NCBI GenBank assembly: GCA_030704615.1 | Contig: CM060731.1 | Coordinates: 19,902,001-19,966,000, forward strand | Direction: 5' to 3' | Origin: Takakia lepidozioides | Taxonomy: Eukaryota; Plantae; Bryophyta | DNA: 64,000 nt | Part shown: piece by piece, positions 37,901 to 51,926 of the stretch | Layout: each line of letters opens with the position of its first letter | Position numbering within the stretch: position 1 is the first letter of the stretch | Position numbers and translations under genes: made by a program | Notes under the pieces: generated by a model | What the model was told of the DNA's origin: nothing | The model's input: only the letters and a program-made list of their open reading frames with translations | Databases searched by the model: none

Positions 37901-40900
37901 TCTTCTTGATGATGCAGAAACCCAGTGGACATATGGAGAAAGTTGGCAGCGAGTTGAGGAGGTACGTCAGCAAGCTGTTGAGGTGGAATCTGAACTGGTA
38001 ATTAATTATCTTAGTCATAGGAACACTGTTGAATGCTGACTGTGGGGTTTTAGATTTATGCACTTGTATGACTTATTGGAACAAAGGAACTTGGGGTGTT
38101 GGATTTAATCTGTTTCTTACTTCAGTAACGAAGATTGTCAAAGGAGACTTGACTCTTCAAGTAGTCCAGCCAAAATTTTAGAAATTCTCAGGTTCAGTAC
38201 CACAGCACTGTCCAGGGGTGTTGAATAACCACTACTCCTTCCCACAGTAATAATTCCAACCATTTGAGCGTTGAGAAGTGGTTGGACATGGGTAAGGAAA
38301 AGAAATTCCATGAGCCAAATCGGCAATAGCCAAAGGAAATTAACTCTTGGTTTGCCTGTGCATCTAAAGAGACCCAAACATTTTTTTTTTACATCAGTGA
38401 ATAGAGAAGTGCCTTGCCCTTGTGTGTTTCTCAACACAACCTAGATCCAACCATTTGTTATTATCATAGTATTGCATGGTCATTTGCTACAATAGTCTAG
38501 GGCCACCGCTAATCTTTCCTGCAGTAAAAATCTAACTAGTCGAACTTTGAGATGTGGTTGGACATGACTAATGGCAACAAAATCCATGAGCTAAATCAGG
38601 AAAAGCCAAAAGAAGTCAATTCTTGGTGCACTCATCCCGAAAGAGACCCAAATATTTGTTTTGTCATGGAGGAGTAGTGAAGTGCGTTGCCGTCCTGTGT
38701 TTCTCAACAATGTAGTGCCTGTGACTTAGAATTCAAATTTGTGACCATTGTAGTATTGCCTGGTCATTTTGCAGTCAGGGCAGATGCTTGTTGATTACCA
38801 CTCCCTGAGCTGGCTTGCATTTGCTTAGTCCAGGAGGAAGATTTAGGTATTGTCATGAGTGGACTATTTTCATGCATTTCAGGCCACTTACAAGGAACAG
38901 TTGGAAACTGTTACGTCCACTTTTGAGAAACGGCTCGCCGAGGTAAGCCACTTGTTATGAGCCCTGTTGGGTATGCATTTTTATATCTAATTGAAACCTT
39001 GTGTGCCTCCTTTCCCTGCCTGACATTGGTCACTAAACAAGTTATGCAGAGAAAATGAGGCAGAATGAGGCTTCAATTGACTTCCATGGTGGGCTGAAGA
39101 ACTACCCATAATTTTGTTTGGTACAATCCACCAAGATGTTTTGGTCCAAAGATTGTCTGCTTAGAGACATTTATTAAACAGCACCGTCATATAGAGGGAA
39201 GGTTGTAAGCAATTTTTCTGTTGCATTTCTCTGAATTCAAACATCTTGTCAGTCTTTTTCTTTTTGCTTCTCTCAAAGAGATACCTGTTGAATGAGTATC
39301 ATTTGTGATTGTGTCTTTGGGTGTAGGAGTAGGTGTGGTGGTCTTACATCATCAGAGTACATCTATGCAGGAGTGGCATGCGCGGTGTCTAGCAGAGGAA
39401 AGGGCTTCTTCCTATAAAGTTGATCAAGGTCAAGCTGAGGAGAAGGCTTCCTCAGTCACAGCACAGCTGGTACATCTCTCTCCCTCTCTTTCCATTACAT
39501 TAAGAAGATTGCACTGACTTTAAAATCTTGAGGCTGAGCCTGAAGCTCTGAAGTGAGTTTCAGACCCTCATGGATCTCTAGTTAAGGGTTGGTATCTTAT
39601 GAGGACCCCGCCATTGAGGGTATGTTATGGCCAACAATCTCAGGAACAGTCAAGGTGTGCATCTTTTCTCTCTTTATTGTCGTCGACAAATCAGACAACA
39701 ATCAATGGATGATCAACTCACAAGAGACCTTTGTTACAGAATTTATTTTTACTTGCCTGTGCGGTTTCGCAGGAACACCTAAAGGAAAATATGACATCCA
39801 AGCTCCAGCAAGTCCACAGTGCACATCGTGAACTGAAGACTGAGATAGCTGGCTTGCTCGAGGAGGAAGGAAAATGGCTAGACAGTATGTGGGTTGGTTT
39901 GCAAGCTGTCATGGACCTTTCAAAGGCAGTGGCAATCCAACAGGAACCTGTTGACAAATTTGAGGAGGAAAGGGGACCCCCACGAGATGAAGGGGTTCCC
40001 CCATCGGAGGCCTCCCCATCGGAGGCCTCCCCTTCATCAGAAGAGATCGAAGAAGTTCCTTCTGGGGACAATCCTGATGAGAACAAAGACTCAATGTCAC
40101 CTCTGGCAGCTGCAGATGCACCTCAGTTCGGGCCAGAGAACATAGAGGAGGACCCTCCTGGCAGGGAAGCCATCATTCCTGAACTGATGATCACACAGGT
40201 AAGTTCTTAATGCTTGGTTTTGTATAACCTTACCAGTTGAACCAGATCCTCTATCAAAAGCGCAGGGTTTTGTCACAGCACAGCTGCAGTATCATTACGT
40301 CTCCAAAGGTGGTTCACCATCCGAATCGGGTTTCATAGGGGTGTTTGCAGGCCAGGACTTACCCCTTTGATGTGTGTAGGAGGGGCACTTTTCAGCAGCA
40401 GCGAGCAAGGAGAACAGTTCAGTGGACGTGGACGTGGATGACTACAGCAGAAAGGCCCTTGCCCAAGCATTACATGAAAAGGTTTGAAGATCCTCAATGT
40501 TGCTAGCATTAATATTAACGCAGTGATGATATAATTGTTTTTGCTCTTGACGTACTATTTCTCACTTCATGGGGACCACACATGCAGTACATCTTATTGT
40601 TGAATTGCACTGCAGGTGGAAGCCCTTCTACTGCTTTCACAGCAAGAAGAGAGGTACTATATGGAGTCTAAAACAATCCAAGCACTGGAGGATCAGATCA
40701 AAGAACTCAATGAGAAGATTGCACAGGTTTCAGTCATTTCTCTGAGAAAGTGTGATATTGGGAGTTTCTTTATTTCTCTTGTGGAAGATGCTACCTTAAT
40801 TTCTTAACAGTGAGTTCTACATGTGCATTTCATAGTGGCGACGACAAGGTTATAAGTTGTGGGAACCGTAGGTGACAAGTGAGAAGGTGTCGGCTTTGCT

Positions 40901-42960
40901 GGAGGTAGCACAACTGCGACAAGATGGCCAATTTCTTGAAGAGCGTGAAAGGTAAAACTGTACAGGTGTTCCTTTCCAGTGTTTTGTTTTCATTCCAATG
41001 GAAAAGCCCTTGAGCCACATATTGAGGTGCTAATGACAAGGTTTATAGTATGGTGGAGTTCTGCAAACTAGTCACAGATTGTGTCTCATTGTTTACTCGT
41101 AACAGGCCAATATGCACGACTTAAGTGACTTGACTACTGCCCTAAATCTCTACCTCACAGCACCCAACATACAACAGAATGTTTTGTCCTTTCCACAGTT
41201 CAAGCTCATTAATTGTAATTTTCTTTTGTAGATTGCGTTGCACGTGGGAGTAAGGCTTTAGTTGATGTTATGTGCAGCATTTAGTACCTAGAAGTATTCC
41301 CAACTTGCTGTCTAACTGAGCCAGATCAGTTTTATTGAGAGGGATAGTAGAGCCAAATCAAAACCAGTACTAGTGTTCATTGCAATGCTTGAAAGTTATT
41401 GCTAGATGGTTGGCCAATTTGGGGACTGGACGGTGAGATACTCCAATCCCTCACTGAGTTTGGGATCAAAGGGCCAATTTCAAAATATGTACCTGACACT
41501 CCGGTATCTTCATGTAGGCAGCTCGTCCGCATCCTGCAGCAGCACCGCAGCACCAGTGCTAGCGGGCGCTTGTTACCAGCCAGTTGGTCAGAAGCCAGGG
41601 TACCACCTTCCATCCTTGAGACGACGCTGGCAGTGGTGAAGCATGGGGCTGGGACAAAGTCATCACTCAGTGCCACAGGAGGGTACCTTAAGAGCTGGCT
41701 AAGAGGGTTGGAAATATCTGGGCCTGGTCTCAAGGGCTCTTCAGATCCAAGTAACTGTAGCAGTGTTAGTGATGTGACCAAGAGCAGTCAAGCCAATGAG
41801 GCAATTGGTTTTGCGACGTATGACCCCTGCTTTATCTTGTACTAGAAGGATTGTTGGGAACTAATCTGTATTTGGTATGAAATTGAGGAACTTGTGATCA
41901 TCAACCATTCCTTGTGAGCATTGGCTTTGACATCTTTGAGGTCATTGTTCCCACAATTGTTAGATCACCTGTGTGCGGCTGACAATGAACTATGGCACTG
42001 AGAAAGAAAGGGAACTAAAGTGAGAGATATGATTTGGTACACATTCTCAGATGCTTTTGACAACATATGTCTCAACCAAAAGTTTTATGTAAAATGCAGG
42101 TTGAGAGTGGAGAATGCAGCTCTTCAGGAGCGGGTTGCAGGTGTGCTGCATCTAACTGAATCAGCACACCGACTACGAATGACACTTGTCAGAGTATGTT
42201 AAGTTTCTGGCTTCTTCCAGACTTCAGGTTCTCTTTGGCAATTTGTGACAGTAGCTCTTGCCCTTCTTCTTTTTGTGCTCAGTTCTTCATAAAAAGCAAC
42301 AAGACTCTTTTGTGAACTGTCTACAAAAGACTTAGTTGAAACAGGACCCCACTAAAAGCTGGAGAAGGACACTTTGTGACTTCGGTTGCTGGAGTTAAGA
42401 CAAAGTTAACAGTAATCACGCTGAAGAACTCCTTTGTATGGTAGGTTGGCTCTATTTCTCTACCCACAGAGGTCCGGTGATGCCATTGGTGTATCTTGGT
42501 TGCATCCAACTTGAAGATCAGCAAAGAATTACTTCGGTCATTCTTGATTGTATTTATATTGTGAGCTCGTCACGGATCTGCGACCACATTCGAGACCAAC
42601 ACACTGTCTTCCTTGCATATGCAGGCTGCAAGTGATTCTCAGAACGAACAGACACAGCCATCCATCAGGGCTGCTGTGGATGTTGTGGAGGGAGTAAGTG
42701 TAGAGGCCCGTCGCCTAAAAGTTGCTCTGGGCTGCTCACTGCCGGTGAGCTGGTCAGACCCTGAAAGTGGCAGATTGGAAGCTGATGGAACTGGTAGCCT
42801 CTCCTCTAACAAGACAATCATATCAAGCGTTGAAGGAAAGGCCCATGCTGCGCTTGACATTGCATCAGCAGCAGGTATGGAGATGGTGGAGCTTTTGCTG
42901 GCAACTTCAGAGTTGCAAAAGGCAGCTCTGATGTGTAGGTTAGGCATGCTTTCACACTGA
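34923..42960 (+). CDS. Coiled-coil 'myosin heavy chain-related' protein, MEE13/At2g14680-like, multi-exon
   Basis: GT-AG exons encoding RIVQLEH/ERDELQKDIETLC, GLEQELE…NLQEELTEAYRVK, VEKEVKFFQSKVAAALAERD, ALAQALHEK/VEALLLLSQQEER, RLRVENAALQE, RRLKVALGCSLPVSW. The family assignment is from memory. Confidence 0.8.
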
Positions 42961-44475
42961 GGCCTCGTGAGAATGAAGATATGGACTGGAGTGATGAGCA
43001 ATATCTCTGCAGCACCACTCTCTGATGGCTCCTGAAACCCTTGTCCCAGGCAACTTGAATTTGTTTCATGGATGCTCCACTGTCAGTTTTTAATCATCAT
43101 TTCTATGTTTGTAAGTCCTTGGAAATTTAAGCTGCACCCTCAATTTAGACTTGATGTGTGGGGTTGATAATCGCGACAGTACAGAGAGAATGTACTCGCA
43201 AGACATTGTCTGCTCGGTGACATTGTTTGCTCAGTGCTATAGCCTTGAGGGCGTCGACCATGTGTCCAATTTTGTGAGGAACAAAAAGAAATAGATGCTA
43301 CCTAGAGGGGCTTACTCCAGTAGCGTGATTTACCTTAGTAAAGATAGTTAGTTCGGGTTTTCGAGATATCATCAAGCTGCCTAGCAATTATATTCCAACA
43401 GGGCAGGGGCTTCAGGCTCAGCCTCAGGATTCCCACCGAGTTAGAGTGAGAGACGGGTCCATGTCGACCCTCCGAGAGAGCTATCACTGTCGCTAGATTG
43501 CATAGCCAGAGAGGGCAACAAATTCTCATAATTGGGAAACTGGAAGACGGTAACATTTGTGCTCTCGTAATCCAAAGGGTCGATTTTCAGCCGCCTCGAC
43601 CTCCGACAGGCGCATGCAGAAAATACAACCCCACTTGAATGTGGCTTTGATTAACACATGTTCTTCCCTGCAGCAGAGCCAAAAGACAGTTTGGTTGAAG
43701 GTCATGAGTTGCTCACACAATCTGAACTTCCACATTTTCTTAAGTAAAGACTATCCATGCTTGAGATAGCTCCCTCAAGGGATAAACCCCGGATTCAAAC
43801 TGTACACAATGTGCTGACTGTTGTAAAGTCCCATATTTGCTTAGCCTAGAAATGGCCCGTTTCATCCAAAATGGCAATACACATCCATAGTATATTTTTT
43901 TGGCGTATAAAGTCGGTAAACCGTTACAATGATATCTAGGTTAGGGTTAGTTTTGGCTGGTGGCTCGATCCTCGCCCTTCATCAAATCCAAGGCTACAAG
44001 GCAGTGCCGTGGGCTTTGGCTTGTGACGCCTCGCCACACGGCGGGCCACTAAAGCTAGGGCTTTTGTATAAAGACGGCGCCCTGACCTTGGTGTACTCAG
44101 GTGTTAGTGTATATGTGATTTTGGTGTACAAGCTTTGGATGAGAGCTGCTTTGTGTCAGATCCGTGTGTTTGATCCTCCTCTCGCGCGTTGCTTGCTCTT
44201 TCCACTCGCCCCTTTGTTGTGCAACCTTGCTTCTTGAGAGGAAAGGAGTATATGCTTCAGGCTTGTTTTATGGTGGAGAGAAGCCGGGTACCATAGGCGT
44301 TGGTGGATCTTGTCTGCGCTGTCAGGATCAGTTAGGTCTTTTTTCGCGGGATCTGCTCTACATCCTGATGCCTAAGTGGTTCGCTAATGCGTGTTATCAA
44401 TGGCGGCTCCTCGCCTTGCCATATTTTCTCATGTTGTTGCGATATTGCCATCTCACAATGCACGTTGGGGTATGA

Positions 44476-45811
44476 TTGCAGGGAATGGCTGTCGTTCGTG
44501 ACTTGTCTTGTGTAGCTCGCAGAGAAGAGGAGAGCCTATTTCTTCAGATTAGTGTGGCGCTTACTGTTGAAGCTAATCCTAGTGTGGAGACTGACCCTGT
44601 TGCCGCTTCCCATTCTGCTGGTGTTGTTATTGTTGTTCCTCCCGTTGTTGAAGCCAACCCTGTCGTTTCTCACCCTGCTGACGTTCTTGCTGTTGCTAAC
44701 ACTACCAACGGCGCGTAGCCTGGCAGTGTTGCCTTGCCAGCGTCGCCACTTCCTGAGCCTACTGCTTGCGTTCCAGCCCTTGTTGTTTCATTGGGTTCTC
44801 CTGGTGGTAGTGATTATGACAATTTAGATGAGGCAGAGACGTGGTCGCCAAGGTTTGAGAAATCTGACAGCTCTCTAGATAGTTGTGACCCGGAATATTA
44901 TAATTTTGACAACTTTGTTGATCCGGGCCCTGAATATTTCGAGAGTAGGCAGCAAGCAGCAGAGTTAGAGAGAAATATCGAGTTGTCGCAGGAAGTAGAT
45001 GATTTGTTGTGTGAGATATGTGACGAGGATCAACTTTGGGTTTGAGCGTGTAGAAAGAGCTGTCGTGGGTGATCATGCTGCATTAACCAGTCATCACGAG
45101 GCCCTGTTCACGCAACCTTTGCTTGAGCCTTGTGCGGTAGTGTCCAGAGCCAGACAGCTTGCTAAGCGAGACTTTGAGTTACGCAACGAAGAACGTCTAC
45201 CGTCCAGAACGATCAAGTCGCGTTTTCTGCACCATCGTGAATTGACCTGGTTAGAAGTTGGCTTGTATTTACCTCTTTCTGGTGTTCGAAGTGCGGAGCT
45301 TCATCATAGCCCTGGTGTGATAGGGCGAAGTTGGTTGTCGTTAATGTTACAAGGCACAAGGGCTTTGATCTTAAGGGCATTACGGTTTCAGCTCCAACCC
45401 TGCGCCTTGGCACCTACTTATTCACAGTTGATTGATGGTCTGAAGGGTGGGGCCTTGATAGTGCAGTCGTCTGATCTAGTAGTCTTGGGTGTGGGTACTA
45501 CCTTTGCTTCACAGCGAGTGGTTCGCCCGAGTGCGTTTGAGAGATTGAGTGACTATTCAAACTCGGCTGTGCTTTCGCGCACATGGAGAGAGGGTGACAC
45601 AACCCGCGTTGGTTTTTGGCTTAAGGGAGCATCTAGTGTGAGGGCTATTTTGTTTAAGGTTCACTCAGACGTCTTGTCTAAGGCTTGGAAGGCTTGGCGG
45701 GTCTTGGAAGAAGCTCTTTGTAGAGGTAGCGAGAGAAAAATAACACAATTACTCGCTGAACTAGACAACACTTGGGGCAAAAGGGCTCAAATTGTTCCTG
45801 AGACTTGCTGA
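44476..45811 (+). other. Two overlapping unassigned ORF remnants, probably TE-derived
   Basis: 44476-45045 is one frame with a single TAG; 44999-45811 is an open 270-aa frame. No motif recognised. Confidence 0.3.
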
Positions 45812-46689
45812 GAATTCACTGGTGTCACACCATCCCACCAAGCTCTCAGTTCACATAGTGCAAAGGTGTTTTACTCTGGAGGGTGAGGAACCTGAAGTTA
45901 ATTGGAGATATTTAATAAATAAGGGAAATCAGCCCATCTCTAGAAAAAAAGGGTAGCTATTAGCATTGCGTCTTGCTTTCTCTTCTCTTCTTTTGTTTTG
46001 CTCCTTGTTTGCAATCTTTGCTGAATATACATTCCAAAGCAGAGCCTTTCCAAATCAGCCTCTATGGCACTTTCATAGAGGTTGTTTTTCCCCTGGATTT
46101 TTTCGTTCTCTTTGTTATAAAGTTCAAGGTATCCACTCCCCTTTCGGAAAAAAAGAAAAGGAAAAAAATTACTAATCCATCATTTATGTATTTTATTTAT
46201 TTATTTTTTGAGAAGGGAGAAACAGCCCCAAAATTCCATTGCAGGAAAAAATAACGGCCATCCAGATCAGTTCTAAATTTGACTCTTGCTTTATTACTAT
46301 ATACAACTAAACATTGGCTTGTTGTTCCACCTAAGTTTAGAAGTGGTATCCATCCATCTATCTTTTGTTGATAAAATGGAACGGTAAATGGAAATCGATT
46401 GAAAGGTGGAATAATTGATAGTCAAAGAAATAAGAAGTAATTTTTGATTGATAGGCAAAGAATTTTTTTAATTAATATTTATTTCAGAGTATTTTCTTTA
46501 TTACTATTTAAATGAATATACAAAGGGGTACCTCCCCTTTCACCTATATATATATATATATATACACACATGTAAACTAAATTATTTATTATATTATTTA
46601 TTACATATTTTCTGTTTTCTATCTTTGAAATTGTATTATATAATAGTTTAAATATTTATAATCTCTAATGTAGGAATGTCTCTCACTGA

Positions 46690-46835
46690 GAGTGGCGCCT
46701 TATGGCAGCCTGGCACTCAAGGGTTTTCATTTTTTTCCCTTCAAATAATTCCTTAATAAAGTTCGATCCAGGGCCACTATCCCCTGTTCATTAACCCATA
46801 AACGATGAAGCGACCCGAATCGGGTCGCTTCAGTC
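46690..46835. repeat. Dispersed repeat (second copy at about 58534-58620) followed by a perfect 13-bp hairpin
   Basis: atggcagcct..ggcactcaagggtttt..tcccttcaa..aataaag is present at both sites; tgaagcgacccga-a-tcgggtcgcttca at 46806-46832. Confidence 0.75.
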
Positions 46836-48579
46836 GGGCACCAGGTCTACCTCCCTGGATGTGAGTGGATGGAGGTGGGTCCCGAAGGTAAAGTGAGGGG
46901 GTTAAGGAGAAGCACACGTGCGAATTTAAAGCACCCTAAACTATTAAAAGCTCTGGTCCCTAGAATTTTTCAAAGTGCAAATTCAGCATTGACTTGCCTA
47001 CGTGGTAGGCCAAATGAGGAATCTTGAAAACAACATCTAGGGCTGAGATTTTATCAAAATTCCAAATTTTTTTGACAAGGCACTATGTAATGTTGCACTT
47101 ATTTACCTAAGGAATTAGAAAACAAATATCATGTCATGGCTCTACTTGGGTAAGAAGCCAAACCATGATAATTTACCCCCTAGATTTCACATACAAAGCA
47201 ACCCCCCCAAATTTTTGGCAAATTCACCTGAAATTTGGTGTGAGGGTTTGGGATACAGCACTACACTAGAATATGGCACTTTTTCTCCCAGTAAAATTTT
47301 GCAACATTGATTTTTTGCTTAGTCAAACATGAAGTTTTGGTTTTTTGTTTTTTCAGAAAATACACTATTTTCAATTGTTATAATCTCCCAAACAAAACGA
47401 CGGAATCTCCCCAAATTTGGGGGTGCTTGTGCATCTGGTAGGTAGGTATGACTTTGTACTGTTCATCCACGTGGATGAACAGGGGTAGGCAGTTACAGGC
47501 TGACGTATGAGGGTGGATCCCCATTTTGCCCCAAAATCCAAAAGGCAAGTGATATATGAAGCCCGGGAGTTGAATGTTGCCTAAGCGGGCCTGCCTGCAT
47601 GGCCCCACCCCCGCCCTCCGCCTCGCCCCCCCCTCGTGGCAGCGCCGCGAACCGCGGTTGCCGCGCCAGGCACCCCCGACTCTCGTTCCACCTGCCGCCC
47701 CTGCGCCGGTCCCTTGCTCGCAAAAATATTGCCCCACATTGAAGTCAGTATTACTCTAATGCACGCATCCATCATGCATGCCCCATGAATGCAAGAAGTA
47801 CAGCCATCGCATCATGATTTTACCATCGTACAGTCCTGTATGTGTGAACATGGCTCCTCATACTCTCATATTAAAGACCGTGAACATTCAAATTTGAAAT
47901 TTGAAATTTGAAACAACATTCAATGTACCTCCAAAACGAATGGACGTCATTTAACGATGATTGTTGTCATCCAGGTGATTGACCACCTGTCCCCAGCATC
48001 TTCGTCCCCTCATTCTCTGTCTCCGAAATTGTGTTCTCGTCAGTGCGTACACACAAGCGGAAGGGGACACTTTGCATATGAGACATTTTGCTTCAGTATT
48101 CATGTCGCTTGAATGGTTCAGTCATCTTCATCGCCCACAATCTGTAAACTGCAGAGGACAATCTCGAGAAACAACTCAGACGTTCCCTCCATCGAAGTGC
48201 TTTCACAGGTTGTCACCACCATAACTCTTTGCTCCTATTGTCCCCCTTGGGTTTTCTTTCTGCTGCACACCATGAAGTAGCCTTCCCAATGTGCGTATTC
48301 AGAGTTTTCATTTTTATCATTTCCCTGTTATTGGCCTTCTCTTCAGATTCTCTTAGAAGTCCTTCCTCATTTTGTCTTTAGGATTCACTATACATATTGT
48401 CTTTTTTCTTGCAGCACTGTTGCTCTCGCCGGCCTCTTTTATCACTTGCCCTCGGGGTTGAGGCAACATTTCAAAAATATCCAAAGGACGCGTCTGAACA
48501 GTGGATCCAGAACTCAACGGAAGTCGTGTGGGCAGTATGTTTGGCCTTTGGAGGCCATGGAGACAATCAAGAAACAAGT

Positions 48580-49712
48580 TTCCAGAAGCGCCTAAGGTGG
48601 CTACAAGGAATAAAGCTGGATGGCTATGACATTTCTGGGCTTGGCCTTGAGTTCATAGGCAAAGGTTGTAACGCATTGAAAGAGCAAGTGTGAGCAAGTG
48701 TCGTGGCAAAACAAACGCTGGCAACACATGTCTTGTGGTGGGTTGCACAGGTCTGCACAAACTGGATCTCACTTGCTTCCGTGACCTCATAGATAGAACA
48801 CTCAGATAGTCTGGTAGCAATCGCATCAACCTGCAAGGGTCTTCTGAGCCTCAAGATGGAAGCTTGTGGCCTTATCTCACAACTCGGCTTGTCCTGGTTA
48901 TGCAAAGAATGCCCTTGTCTGTAAGAGCTTGTTTTCACATATAGCAATATCGATGATGTCCAATGGGATGTTTGTCCTACTGTCTCATTGGAGCCATTGT
49001 ATGTGACAACAGGACAGTGGATTGCAACAGCCATGAAATTGAGAAAACACGGGATCAGAAATAGTGAATTGTGTCCAGGGCTTCAGCTCTTGGCATTGGA
49101 AGAGATCTTGAGTGTCTCATGTATTTCCTGATAAGTGATCTAAATAGGCTTCCCTGTCAGTTTTCAGCATGATGGTTCCATCCTATACATAGCAGCAGAT
49201 TAGGTACTTGACCTCCTCTTTTGATTATGTCTGTATGTTGCAGGATTGAAGTCGATTGCAAGATACACAGCCCTTAGGTTTCTGAAGTTGGGCTTTTGTG
49301 TAAACCCATGAGGGACTTGCATACATTAATTGGGGGCAGTTGCTGCAACCTACGAGAGCATGATGTATTGGTGGCCACACTTCCAAGCATCGCCAAAACC
49401 TTTTGCTACATGGAGGAGACAGATCTTTTTGTAAATTCCCCTCAGTTTTAAAGTTGTTCTTGAACAGGTGGTTCGGTGTTCAGTATGACAATATATGGGC
49501 AGTGCACGGTATACTGGCTAACACACTTGTAAGAAGGGGGCCGGTGATAGAGTTTTGACAAAGTGGTTGGGTGAACTGGCAGGTCTCAGAACATCGGCGA
49601 TGCTGGGGTGGCAGCAATTGCAAGTGGTTGCCCCTATTTGAGAGTGATGAACCTTTCCTATTGTAGGCATGTTATACATGTCAGCATGCACTCACTCGCC
49701 CTAAGTGAGAAA
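48580..49712 (+). pseudogene. F-box/LRR-repeat protein 3-like (FBL3-type) LRR pseudogene fragment
   Basis: LQGIKLDG..IS..GL..IGKGC..LKE; IASTCKGLLSLKMEACGLI; GLKSIARYTALRFLKLGFC; IGDAGVAAIASGCPYLRVMNLSYC. Contains stops and intron remnants. Confidence 0.8.
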
Positions 49713-51242
49713 AATTACGTGATCAAACATGAGCTAGGATTTCTGGAGATCGCCACCGGGCTGCATTCTGCGGACCAAGCTAACTCCACTTCCCTCCGCA
49801 ACTGTGGACATCTTGAATAAGAACACTTTCAACGACCCCTGACTAGGAAAGACATTATCTTGAATGAAGTCGTACATGCTTCTCCGCTTCAATTCCAGGA
49901 TGCTATCCACATAACCTGTGCTCCCTGTCCCCACTCTGAGTGCGTTGATTTGGTTGCATACATTGGGCGAACTAAGGGTCGAGAAATAGTCCATAACGAC
50001 GTCCAGTTTCAAAATGTTCTCTTCCGCTCCTCCTAGAATGTGTTTTTGCAAGAAGCTCTTGCTTGCAGAAAGTGCAATTGCAAATGGCGGTGCATAAGGA
50101 GCATTCTCCACCTCATGCCGTAGAAGTCCCCGAATTGTTTCAAGACTTTCCTGACAATCCCCTTTCGATATGGGATGGGTATGATTGCCGAGATGAACAC
50201 AAGCTCGGGTCAGGCCGCGAAAACGATGGAGCACATAGTACATGCGAACCTTGCATGTGCCAATGCATGTTGGGGCCGTTTTGCAATATTTGCAGAGCAA
50301 CGTCGTGTTTTTAGGAGGTGGGCACCCCACTTCGAATGGGTTATCCGCGTAACCCTCCCACTCTGTCTCGTTTGGGGAACCTCTCAATGACAGGCAGTTG
50401 CAGACTTCATTTCCATAATGGAGGTGCCCAACGCAGACTGATCTTTGGAAAGACAAGCCATGAGGGTTATGTATGTTGGTTGTCTTAGTTCGACACCAAG
50501 GGTGTCCGTCGTGCTTCTTGTCCATCCCTTGCATGAGTCCCGCCAAACCTCCACAGGACGTCGGAGGTGGCAACATCTCCATCAAATTTTGCGGGAAGGT
50601 ATTTTGCTCTTACAATATTAATTGTCCCCCATGCAATTCCACGCACGTCACTTCTGCAGTTTGGCAAGCCTTTCATAGACTGCAACTTTGGAACGACGTT
50701 GTCTATTTCCTGCACATCCAGTTCTTCGACAAAAGATAGGTGTGTTGGAGGTGGTGGAATCTCGGAGATGTCGTCGTCACCCGAGCTTTTCGAGAGATCG
50801 ACAAAAGTTGTTGAAGTGCTGGTGTCCTCTTTTTAATTGTAGCAGGTATGAAGGCCGGAGCCACTGAAGCAGTAGTTCCTGGTGTGAGTGTCGAACCTGC
50901 AGACGATCGTCGTTGATCCCCGTGCACGCGGTACGTGCCCGCTGAAACTCTCCATTGTCTACGGTCATCGCACACGAATGGCTCCAGAATCATCATACTA
51001 TTGACCCTACCAGCGGAGTCGTGCACTTCTTTCTCCACATGCATAGTTCCAGCTTGTAGATCCAAGCTTCTACAAAGGACATCCTCCCCCACGATTGCCA
51101 TCCCATTGGCGTCAGGCACTTTGGTGAGGAGGAGCGATTTGTAAGCACAATAGAATTTTACCAACTCACCTGTGAGAGCCATTCGCAAAGCACACAAAAG
51201 TACGGGTACAGTGTCCAACAAAGTGTGCCAGCACTGGAGCAA
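49713..51242 (-). mobile_element. Mutator-like (GCM-domain type) transposase pseudogene, C-terminally truncated
   Basis: GMDKKHDGHPWCRTKTTNI…CVGHL…CKYCK..PTC…C…RACVHLGNHTHP (Cys/His DNA-binding region), then KVFLFKMS…GSGVSLVRRMQPGGDLQKS*LMFDHV (start of the catalytic domain). Confidence 0.75.
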
Positions 51243-51926
51243 CGATCCGTACGTCTATGGATAGCATCAAACAACATGCTCGAAGGGCCCAGACATGAAT
51301 GTCACCGCCGATGCACGGATGGCAGGATGAGCAGTTTTCATTTCACTGTGGACCAGGCCATCTATCCTCATCCATCCATATTACCTAACTAACAAGGTAT
51401 CCTATGTAACCATTAACTGCCTGTATCCAACGGTTTTTTACAGACACCAGCCGTCCAGCCACCCGTTCATTCTATCTTCAGATGTGATGTGTCATAACTG
51501 AAGATGAAAAACAGCTAGGATGAAATTGTTTTACCCGTCAAGATTTCGAATGAGTAGGGGACGTGGAGAAGACACCACCACTGAAGTGACAACCAAAAAT
51601 TCCACTTGTGTACGGTTGATGATAGTAGGCGCGTACGCCAATTTTATACAACCTTATTTTAGCGTGACTCTGAACCGCCTAGGGACGACGTGTCTTGCAT
51701 GCAGATGCTCCACGCCACACCGCCGTTTCTCCACGAAGCTGGCATCTTGGCGTTGTAGGGGCGGCGGAGAGGCAAGTGCACTCTCTCTTTCTCGCACCAC
51801 TTTTTTCCTCGCTAGCTGCAATCCTGGATCCTGTCGATAGCGAGACTCCCTCTCGAGCTAGAAGAAGGCGCCGCCGAACTCTGTACTTCACATCTAACAA
51901 ACAAAAGGTTACGGGCGAAGGAGAGA

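Noticed and set aside
38220-38770. Diverged tandem duplication of about 277 bp in an intron, and similar 47-bp repeats at 23627-23802
   Set aside because: Ordinary local duplications with no coding or structural signal.
46700-46730. piggyBac terminus (CCCTTGAGTGCC on the - strand)
   Set aside because: No TTAA flank, and the second copy is in direct rather than inverted orientation.
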